Assembly: GCA_964584035.1 (NCBI GenBank)
Contig: CAZOYL010000064.1
Span: 1-10,010 of the forward strand
Length of the DNA: 10,010 nucleotides
Source: an uncultured Gemmatimonadota bacterium
GTDB lineage: Bacteria > SM23-81
Reading direction: 5' to 3'
This document shows, one piece after another, positions 1-6,888 of this stretch. The position numbers and the translations under genes were made by a program. The notes beneath the pieces are model-generated. The model was given only the letters and a program-made list of their open reading frames with translations. It made no database searches and was not told the origin of the DNA. Numbering within the stretch: position 1 is the first letter of the stretch; every line of letters starts with the position of its first letter.

Positions 1-1
1 A

Positions 2-1216
2 GCCATCGTTTGGCGAGAGCTCATGGCCGGGCGGTCTCCTGAGAAAAAGATCCAAGAGGGCCATCGGGCCGAGCCCACTTCCATGGAGTTGCCGCTGACC
101 TCAACCTGGCGCCAGGGGTCGCCTTATAATGATCACTGTCCTGAGCTCACCCCTGCCGCAGATGAGCGCTGCGTGGTGGGATGTGTGGCCACGGCCATGT
201 CGCAGATCATGTATTATTGGCGGTGGCCCAATACCGGCACCGGCACCGGCAGCACCACCTATCACTATCGATGGAGAGACAGCTGGGATGAGGAGCCGCT
301 GGGCACCAACCCGGGCATCCCGGCGGATCCAGACTGGGTGGGACGTTTAGAATGGACGGCGGCCGGAGGGGGAAAGCTGCGCATGAACGGATACTGGGAC
401 CAAACCCTGTATGATAAGGCCTGGGATATCAGCGAGAGCGGTAGTTACCGGAACGCCCTCCAGGCCCTGTGGAGCGATTTGACCAACGCCTCGACCAACT
501 GCAATGCCAATTTCTGGGCGGCCACCTATGACTGGAGTCTCATGGAGGATAACCACACAGATCCTCCGGATGCCGGCGATAATGAGGTGGCCGAGTTGTG
601 CTACCATGCCGGTATTGCCGTCGAGATGGATTATGGCGTGAAGGGATCGGGGGCTTATTCCGAAAACGTCGAGACGGCTCTGCAGGACCATTTTCGATAT
701 GACTCTGATGCCGACTATCAATCCAAGGATACCGACAAGATGACCGAGGATATCCAGTGGCTAAGAGTGTTTCACTTCCGGGGACAGGGGCACGCTTGGG
801 TGGTTCTCGGCTATAACAAGGCCACCGATCCGGACAGGCAGTTTTTGATGAACATGGGATGGGGAGGAGCTCCTGGCTGGTACACCTGCGATAACGTTCC
901 CGGCGGGTATACTATCGATCAGCGACACACGTTGCGCATTGTCCCGGAGCAGGGCTTTAAATTCGTGGGCGATGATGATCCCGGCGATGGTTCTCCCAGC
1001 GATCCCTACGAAGACATCGATGAAGCCGTCGCCGAGGCTCCCGATTACACCACGCTGATCTTTAGGGCCGGCTCCGACAACGGCTTCAGCGGGCCAAGCC
1101 TGGTCATCGACCGGCCCATAACCCTGAGGGGCTATAACGCGGTCATTCGTCGGGCACCGTTTATCCAAGGAGGTCTCTCTCCCGGCCATCATCCAGCTCA
1201 GGACAGCCGGCCGTAA
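2..1216 (+). CDS. C10 family cysteine peptidase (streptopain/SpeB/interpain-like), 5'-truncated by the window edge
   Basis: The frame is open from nt 2 (AIVWREL-M...), so the true start lies upstream. C10 motifs: PLTSTWRQGSPYNDHCP; GCVATAMSQIMYYWRWP (catalytic Cys codon 182-184); TYDWSLM; LCYHAGIAVEMDYG..GSGA; GHAWVVLGY (catalytic His codon 791-793); MNMGWGG..GWY. Stop TAA at 1214-1216. Confidence 0.92.
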   Translation, partial: AIVWRELMAGRSPEKKIQEGHRAEPTSMELPLTSTWRQGSPYNDHCPELTPAADERCVVGCVATAMSQIMYYWRWPNTGTGTGSTTYHYRWRDSWDEEPLGTNPGIPADPDWVGRLEWTAAGGGKLRMNGYWDQTLYDKAWDISESGSYRNALQALWSDLTNASTNCNANFWAATYDWSLMEDNHTDPPDAGDNEVAELCYHAGIAVEMDYGVKGSGAYSENVETALQDHFRYDSDADYQSKDTDKMTEDIQWLRVFHFRGQGHAWVVLGYNKATDPDRQFLMNMGWGGAPGWYTCDNVPGGYTIDQRHTLRIVPEQGFKFVGDDDPGDGSPSDPYEDIDEAVAEAPDYTTLIFRAGSDNGFSGPSLVIDRPITLRGYNAVIRRAPFIQGGLSPGHHPAQDSRP

Positions 1217-1259
1217 CCAGGCGGCAGGATGTTCTTGAAGACAGTTTACGTTTTCATCC

Positions 1260-1288
1260 TTGATTCTCTCTTCTGGTAGGGTTATATT
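1260..1288 (+). promoter_or_regulatory. Putative sigma70-type promoter for nagB
   Basis: TTGATT (1260-1265), a 17 nt spacer and TATATT (1283-1288) lie in an AT-rich intergenic region about 50 nt upstream of the nagB start. Confidence 0.6.
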
Positions 1289-1324
1289 TCTTTTTTAAAG
1301 AGAGATTATCGCCTTTTCCCAAGG

Positions 1325-1330
1325 GGAGGA
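1325..1330 (+). promoter_or_regulatory. Shine-Dalgarno site of nagB
   Basis: GGAGGA lies 9 nt upstream of ATG 1340. This favours 1340 over the TTG at 1331 given in the ORF track. Confidence 0.75.
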
Positions 1331-1339
1331 TTGTATCGC

Positions 1340-2140
1340 ATGGAAGTCATCGTCAAGGACAACTACGATGAGATGAGCAAGCTGGCGGCCCGGCTGATCG
1401 CCAACGTGATCCGCGAGAAGCCCCGTTGCGTGTTGGGACTGGCCACCGGCAGCACCCCGTTGGGCACCTATAAAGAGCTGATCCGCCTGCACAAGAAAGA
1501 GGGGTTAGATTTCTCCCAGGTGGTCACCTTCAACCTGGACGAGTACATCGGCCTCCCGCCGGAGCACGATCAGAGCTATTATTATTTCATGCACGAGAAC
1601 CTGTTCAACCACATCAACATCCCTTCAGGCAACATTCATCTTCCCCCCGGCACCGATGAGGACCTGGTGGCCGCCTGCCAGCGGTACGAGCAGATGATCG
1701 TGGATGCCGGCGGCATCGATATCCAGCTGCTGGGCATCGGGGCCAACGGGCACATCGCCTTCAACGAGCCGGGCTCGTCGCTGGGCTCGCGGACTCGGGT
1801 CAAGACCCTGGATGAGGGCACCATTAAGGACAACGCCCGGTTCTTTGACAAGATCGAGGATGTTCCCAGGTATGCCGTCACCATGGGCATCGGCACCATC
1901 ATGGAGTCCCGGAGCATTCTTTTGCTGGCCAACAAGGCCAATAAGGCTCACGCCATCTCGATCACCGTGGAGGGCCCGGTGACGGCCCTGGTGCCGGCCA
2001 CCATCGTCCAGCTGCATGCCCATGCCACCATCATCGTCGACCAGGAAGCAGCCTCTGAGCTGAAGCGGGCATACGAACACACCCCCCGGGACCTGACCGA
2101 GGCGGTCGCCTACATCAAACGACAGAAGGGGAAGAAGTAG
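1340..2140 (+). CDS. nagB: Glucosamine-6-phosphate deaminase
   Basis: Hallmark motifs MEVIV, VLGLATGSTPLG, VTFNLDEYIGL, SYYYFMHENLF, GGIDIQLLGIGANGHIAFNEPGSS, AVTMGIGTIM and VEGPVT..VPATIVQLH. Length 266 aa, stop TAG at 2138-2140. Confidence 0.97.
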   Translation: MEVIVKDNYDEMSKLAARLIANVIREKPRCVLGLATGSTPLGTYKELIRLHKKEGLDFSQVVTFNLDEYIGLPPEHDQSYYYFMHENLFNHINIPSGNIHLPPGTDEDLVAACQRYEQMIVDAGGIDIQLLGIGANGHIAFNEPGSSLGSRTRVKTLDEGTIKDNARFFDKIEDVPRYAVTMGIGTIMESRSILLLANKANKAHAISITVEGPVTALVPATIVQLHAHATIIVDQEAASELKRAYEHTPRDLTEAVAYIKRQKGKK

Positions 2141-2168
2141 AGGGTGTTAGGCAGGATCATGAAATGCC

Positions 2169-2205
2169 GGGGCGTATCGATATCGAGATACGCCCTTTTC
2201 TTTTT
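2169..2205 (+). terminator. Intrinsic terminator downstream of nagB
   Basis: Stem GGGCGTATC (2170-2178) / GATACGCCC (2187-2195) with an 8 nt loop, followed by TTTTCTTTTT, about 30 nt after the nagB stop. Confidence 0.85.
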
Positions 2206-2284
2206 GAAAGGAAAATATAAACCCCACCGGCCGTCAGCAGTAACGCCGGGCTTATAAATCCCGGTTGGAAAGCGAAGGAAACGC

Positions 2285-2330
2285 AAAAAGGGCGGTTGCT
2301 CAACAAAGAGCAGCCGCCCTTTTCATTTCT
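2285..2330. terminator. Bidirectional-type intrinsic terminator, probably ending the minus-strand hydrolase operon
   Basis: AAAAGGGCGGTTGCTC (2286-2301), loop AACAAA, GAGCAGCCGCCCTTTT (2308-2323): a 16 bp inverted repeat with one non-Watson-Crick position. It has an A tract on the left and a T tract on the right, and lies 45 nt past the stop at 2369. Confidence 0.85.
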
Positions 2331-2368
2331 ACTGGCCATATGAATTTGCCGGACGATTCGCGGAACGG

Positions 2369-4585
2369 TCAGCGGCGGGCCGCCGATCGCTTCCCGATGA
2401 CCGCCTTCTTGACATTCTCCAGTGACCGGTCGAACTCGCCCACCCGGTTGGACGGGGCCGACTTGCCCTTGGCGTCCGAGGCCGCCCGGATGATGTAGTA
2501 GTAATTGGTGCCGGTCGATCCGGCCGCTCCGGCGTCGATGTACTCCGTGCCGGCGGTGTGGCCGATCGAGTCGGCCGGCTCGGCGGCCGGATCATCGTCG
2601 CGGTAGACCACGTATCGGTCCACGGTCAGCGGATGGCCGGCGGTGTCCTGGCTCACCGGCGACCAGGTCAGCACGATGTCGCCGCCCGCGGCGTGGCTGG
2701 CCAGATCATCGACGGCCGCCGGCGGGGCGTCGGGCTCCAGGGGTTCGATATACTTCCACCGCACCGCGTCGGCGATGACGATCTCATCGGCGTCGTTGGT
2801 CAGGGTGACGTCGTGCCCCGTCCCGGCCTCGAACGGGTAGGCGCCCAGCGGATACCACTGCTCCCCGTTGGCCTCCTGGTTGACGCGGACGGTATCGGCG
2901 CCGTCGAGATGACGGATGATGAACGGGGCGTCGATGGCCCGGTTGGTTCCCTGAACCCAGTAGGCGAAGACGTCATAGAACCCGTCGGCGGGCAGATCCG
3001 GGGTCCAGGCGGCGGTGTTTTCTCCCGATCCGCCGTAGGTCCAGTGGTAGTTCATGTTGTACGGATTGCCATAGGCCCCCGTGGACCAGGAGCCGGCCGT
3101 GACGAAATCCGGGGCGCCGTCCTCGTTGTCCACGACGATCTCTGGGGCCGTGCGGGCGCCGTAGAAGAGGCGCTGGTTATTGGGCCAGGCCACCGTCTCC
3201 TTGCCGCCCTCGTCCTGGACGCCGGTGACCGTCAGGGTGTAGAGGGTGTTCTCGAAATGGGTGGTGGTGGTCAGATGGATCAGGCGATGGTCGGCCAGGT
3301 CCCGGGCGGCGTCCAGGACGGCCAGCCCGTTGTCGAAGCTGTAATTGGCCGCGTTCTGACCGCTCACCGGGTCCACCTGGCGGTTGAACAGCACCGCCAC
3401 ATGGCTGCTGTCGACCGGCAGGGCCACCGAGGCGATGAACGGCCGGGCGCCTTTCCAGGGCATCTCGGGGATGCTGTCAACGTCAGCGTAGGGTCCGGAC
3501 AGGAGCGTGTTTTTATAGTCGCCGTAGAGGTCGGTGGCCGCGAACATGACCTCGCCCTGGGCGCCCACGGCCCGGCAGCTGTCGATCTCGGTCGACATGG
3601 CGGCGGCGCCGAAATCCAGGTAGATGCCGATCCCGCCGTAGACGTGCCGGCCGTAGGAGTTGACCGCATGGTCGCGGAGACGCTCGGCGAACAGGTCGGT
3701 ATCGGCGGTATAACCCATGATGCCGGTGAAGTCCAGGATCCCGGCCTCTAGCCAGCCGTGGGAGTCCTGAAAGTACCAGGTGTAGCCGCCGTAAAAATCG
3801 CCCCATACGGCCGCGGAGATCTTGACCCAAGGTTTCAGTGCGGTGACGCTGTCATAGCAGGCGGCCACCATCTCGGTGACCAGGGTGCGGCGGAAGGCGC
3901 CCCACTCGCCGGGACAGGTCCCGGGCGTGCAGCCGGGGTAGTCGCGCGCGAATCGGGCCAGGCTGGAGTCGTCGTAGGAATGGCTGGAGTTGGGATAGCG
4001 GATGTAGTCCAGGTGGATGCCGTCGACGTCGTAATGGCTGGCGATATCCATGATCACGTCGTTGACGTGCCGGGCCGCCTGGGGGATGCCCGGGCTGATG
4101 TCGGCGTAGCCGGCTTCGCTGGGATCCATGGGGATCCCCTGTTCATCGACCATGATCCATTCCGGGTGGGCGTTGTAGATGTGATCGGGGGAGGAGGGCG
4201 GGGTGGAGCCGGACCAGGCCGGCATGGCGTTGACGTAGGCGTGCAGCTCCAGCCCCCGGCTGTGGGCCTCATAGATGGCCACGGCCAGGGGATCGAAACC
4301 CGGATAAAAGCCGCCCAGCCGGTCCGACCAGGGCTCGTGCTGCGAGATGTAAAAGGCGTCGCCCTGGCCCCGGATCTGAAACAGCACGGTGTTCATATGG
4401 CAGGACGCGATGTTGGCCATCTCGTCCTCGATATGCTGGCGGGTGCTGTACTCGAACCGGGTGAACCAGGCGCAGCGGGCCTCGTCCGCCGATGCGCCCG
4501 GGAGGCCGATGGAAATCCCTGAAAAGATCATCAGGCCGCTCAAGACAAGAGCCTGCCGGCGTAGCCTGGTTGCGCTCCGTTTCAT
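2369..4585 (-). CDS. Secreted GHL10/DUF187 (YddW/DigH-like) glycoside hydrolase with Ig-like, golvesin-like and FN3-like domains; paralog C (738 aa)
   Basis: Signal peptide ending ASA|DEAR. GHL10 motifs FQIRG..DAFY.S..EPWS, DPLAVAIYEAHSRGLELHAYVN, HPEW, SPGIP, YDVDGIHLDYIRYP (3992-4033), FRR and QDSHGWL..G..DF. Approximate domains: barrel 4486-3460; Ig-like 3442-3160 (VLFNRQVD..SGQNAANYSF, YTLTVTGVQD); golvesin-like 3142-2750 (IVVDN, AWTPDLP..G.YDVFAYW, VNQ..NG.QW..LG.YPF, VIADAVRW); FN3-like 2732-2429. GGAG SD upstream. Confidence 0.88.
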   Translation of the reverse strand: MKRSATRLRRQALVLSGLMIFSGISIGLPGASADEARCAWFTRFEYSTRQHIEDEMANIASCHMNTVLFQIRGQGDAFYISQHEPWSDRLGGFYPGFDPLAVAIYEAHSRGLELHAYVNAMPAWSGSTPPSSPDHIYNAHPEWIMVDEQGIPMDPSEAGYADISPGIPQAARHVNDVIMDIASHYDVDGIHLDYIRYPNSSHSYDDSSLARFARDYPGCTPGTCPGEWGAFRRTLVTEMVAACYDSVTALKPWVKISAAVWGDFYGGYTWYFQDSHGWLEAGILDFTGIMGYTADTDLFAERLRDHAVNSYGRHVYGGIGIYLDFGAAAMSTEIDSCRAVGAQGEVMFAATDLYGDYKNTLLSGPYADVDSIPEMPWKGARPFIASVALPVDSSHVAVLFNRQVDPVSGQNAANYSFDNGLAVLDAARDLADHRLIHLTTTTHFENTLYTLTVTGVQDEGGKETVAWPNNQRLFYGARTAPEIVVDNEDGAPDFVTAGSWSTGAYGNPYNMNYHWTYGGSGENTAAWTPDLPADGFYDVFAYWVQGTNRAIDAPFIIRHLDGADTVRVNQEANGEQWYPLGAYPFEAGTGHDVTLTNDADEIVIADAVRWKYIEPLEPDAPPAAVDDLASHAAGGDIVLTWSPVSQDTAGHPLTVDRYVVYRDDDPAAEPADSIGHTAGTEYIDAGAAGSTGTNYYYIIRAASDAKGKSAPSNRVGEFDRSLENVKKAVIGKRSAARR

Positions 4586-4607
4586 GCTCTCTCCAGCCTC
4601 GTTCCCG

Positions 4608-6833
4608 CTAACGAACTGTTCGCGATATCTCTGAGGCGGCCGCCTTCTTGCCGTTGCCCAGGTCGAGGTCGAATTCGCCCACCCGGTTGGATGGCGCCGA
4701 CTTGCCCTTGGCGTCCGAGGCCGCCCGGATGACGTAATAGTAGTTGCTGGCGGTCGATCCGGCCGCCCCGGGATCGGTATACCCGGTGCCCGAGGCCGCC
4801 CCGATCGAGTCGGCCGGCTCGGCTGACGGGTCGTCGTTGCGGTAGATCACGTAGCGGTCTACGGTCAGCGGGTTGCCCGAGGTGTCCTGGGTCACCGGGG
4901 ACCAGGTCAGGGCGATGTCGCCGGACGATTTCGCGCTGGCCAGGTCGGCGACCGCCGCAGGCGGGGCGTCCGGCTCCAGGGGGCCGATGAAGGTCCACCG
5001 GATGGCGTCGGCGATGACATAGACGCCGGTCGTGAAGTTGTCGGTGACCGTCACCCGGGCCGTGTCGGAGAAGGGGAAGTCGCCCAGGTACCGCCAGCCG
5101 CCCCCGGACCAGTTCTGGTCGCCGATGGCGCTGTCCGGTCCGGCGTGCGTGTCCAGGTAGTAGTGGGCGTCGGCGGCGTAGTTCTCGTCGTTGACCCAGA
5201 AATCAACCGCGTAAATGCCCGGGACGGCGATCGGCGTGGTGTACACAGCCTTGTTGTCCCCGTCGCCGGAGCTGTGATAGCGCTTGTCATCTCCCCAGCA
5301 GTCCCCGTAGGTGCTCAGGCTCCAGCCGCTGCCCACCAGTGTAAAATCAGGTGCCCCGTCCGCGTTGTCGACGATGATCTCGATCCCACTGCCGGTCAGG
5401 CCGTAGAACTTTCGCCGGTTGTTGGGCCAGGCCACCGTCTCCTTGGCCGACTCGTCGGCCACCCCGGTGACGGTCAGGACATACAGGCTCTCGGGGTGCT
5501 GAGGGGTGGTGATCAGGTGGATCAGGCGATGGTCGGAGGCGTCGCGGGCGGCCGAGGCCGCCGCCAGGCTGCCCCCGAAAGTATAGTTGGCCGCGTTCTG
5601 CCCGCTGGTCACGTCCACATCGCGGTTGAACAGCACGTCCACCTGGCTGCCGCTGACCGGCAGGGCCACCGAGGCGATGAACGGAGGGTCGCCCTTCCAG
5701 GCCATCTCCGGCATGACGTCGGGATACTGGTAGGGCCCGCCGCTCTCGATCAGGGCGGTCTGATAGCTGCCGTGCAGGTCGGAGGCTGAGAACATGGTCT
5801 CGCCCTCGACACCCTCGCTGCGGCAGGTATCGATCTCGGCCACCATGATGGCCGGCGTCATCCCGGAATAGTAGGTGCCGATGCCGGCATAGACGTGACG
5901 GCCATACTTGTTGACGGCATGATCGTGAAGCCGGCTCTGAAAGGTGCTCGGGACGGCGGTGTAAATCATCGGGGCGGTGAAATCCATGATGCCGTCCTCC
6001 AGCCAGCCGTGCGAGTCCTGGAAGTAGTCGTAATAGCCGTAGGCGAACACGCCCCACACCGCGGCCGACATCTTGACCCAGTCCTTCAGGGCGGTGACGC
6101 TGTCGTGGGCGGCCTCGACCACCTCGCTGATCAGGGTTCGTCGGAACTGGTCCCAGTCGCCCGGGCAGGTCTCCGGCGTGCACCCGGGGTAATCGCGGGC
6201 GAATCGGGCCAGGCTGGAGTCGTCGTGGGAATAGGTCGGGTAGGGGTAGCGGATGTAGTCTAAATGGATGCCGTCGACGTCGTAGTTGGTGGCGATGTCC
6301 ATGATCACGTTGACGATGTGCTCGCGGGCCTGGGGGATGCCGGGGCTGACGAAGGCGTAGCCGTAGTCGAAGGGGTATTCCATGGGGTCGCCCTCATCGT
6401 CCACCATGATCCACTCCGGGTGGGCCCGGTAGATATGGTCGGGAGAGGCCGGCGTACTGGAACTGCCCCAGGCCGGCATGGCGTTGACGTAGGCATGCAG
6501 CTCCATGCCCCGGCGGTGGGCCTCATAGATGGCCACGGCCAGGGGATCGTAGCCTGGATATTCGTCACCCAGCAGCCGCGACCAGGGCTCGTGCTCGGAG
6601 ATGTAGAAGGCGTCGGCCTCGCCGCGGATCTGAAACAGGATGGCGTTGGTGTGGCAGGCCTCCAGGTTGTCGATCTCGTCAACGATGCCCTGGCGGGTGT
6701 TCCACTCAAAGCGGGTGAACCAGGAGCAGCGGCCCTCCTCGGCCGCGACCGCCGCCGTTCCCAGTATCATCAGAACGATCCATCCGGCCAGCAGCGCGGC
6801 TGCCGCCGGGCGCATTCCTCCTCTGTGCTTCAT
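4608..6833 (-). CDS. Secreted GHL10/DUF187 glycoside hydrolase with the same four-domain architecture; paralog B (741 aa)
   Basis: Signal peptide ending AVAA|EEGR. Same GHL10 motifs (YDVDGIHLDYIRYP about 6244-6285, DFTAPMIY). Ig-like about 5684-5401, golvesin-like about 5381-4990, FN3-like about 4971-4668. AGGAG SD 6 nt upstream of ATG 6833. Gap to the next gene is 22 nt. Confidence 0.88.
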   Translation of the reverse strand: MKHRGGMRPAAAALLAGWIVLMILGTAAVAAEEGRCSWFTRFEWNTRQGIVDEIDNLEACHTNAILFQIRGEADAFYISEHEPWSRLLGDEYPGYDPLAVAIYEAHRRGMELHAYVNAMPAWGSSSTPASPDHIYRAHPEWIMVDDEGDPMEYPFDYGYAFVSPGIPQAREHIVNVIMDIATNYDVDGIHLDYIRYPYPTYSHDDSSLARFARDYPGCTPETCPGDWDQFRRTLISEVVEAAHDSVTALKDWVKMSAAVWGVFAYGYYDYFQDSHGWLEDGIMDFTAPMIYTAVPSTFQSRLHDHAVNKYGRHVYAGIGTYYSGMTPAIMVAEIDTCRSEGVEGETMFSASDLHGSYQTALIESGGPYQYPDVMPEMAWKGDPPFIASVALPVSGSQVDVLFNRDVDVTSGQNAANYTFGGSLAAASAARDASDHRLIHLITTPQHPESLYVLTVTGVADESAKETVAWPNNRRKFYGLTGSGIEIIVDNADGAPDFTLVGSGWSLSTYGDCWGDDKRYHSSGDGDNKAVYTTPIAVPGIYAVDFWVNDENYAADAHYYLDTHAGPDSAIGDQNWSGGGWRYLGDFPFSDTARVTVTDNFTTGVYVIADAIRWTFIGPLEPDAPPAAVADLASAKSSGDIALTWSPVTQDTSGNPLTVDRYVIYRNDDPSAEPADSIGAASGTGYTDPGAAGSTASNYYYVIRAASDAKGKSAPSNRVGEFDLDLGNGKKAAASEISRTVR

Positions 6834-6888
6834 CTCGGGCTCCTCTTCATCTCCGTGGTCGCAAAAACTCCTTTACCGGCGATGCGTG

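Noticed and set aside
231..252. Short repeat (ACCGGC)n
   Set aside because: It simply encodes TGTGTG within the C10 G-x-G motif and is not a CRISPR or contingency repeat.
1331..1339. TTG start for nagB from the ORF track
   Set aside because: It directly abuts the SD. ATG 1340 has proper spacing and gives the typical MEVIV N-terminus.
129..2595. Small alternative ORFs overlapping the peptidase, nagB and the terminator spacer (e.g. 347-721, 761-1192, 1625-2080, 2157-2339, 2265-2498)
   Set aside because: They have no recognisable motifs, and overlap established genes or terminators.
4540..4585. Possible Tat signal in paralog C (TRLRRQAL)
   Set aside because: It lacks the S/T-R-R-x-F-L consensus, and paralogs A and B have no RR pair. 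A Sec-type signal with A-x-A cleavage is the simpler reading.
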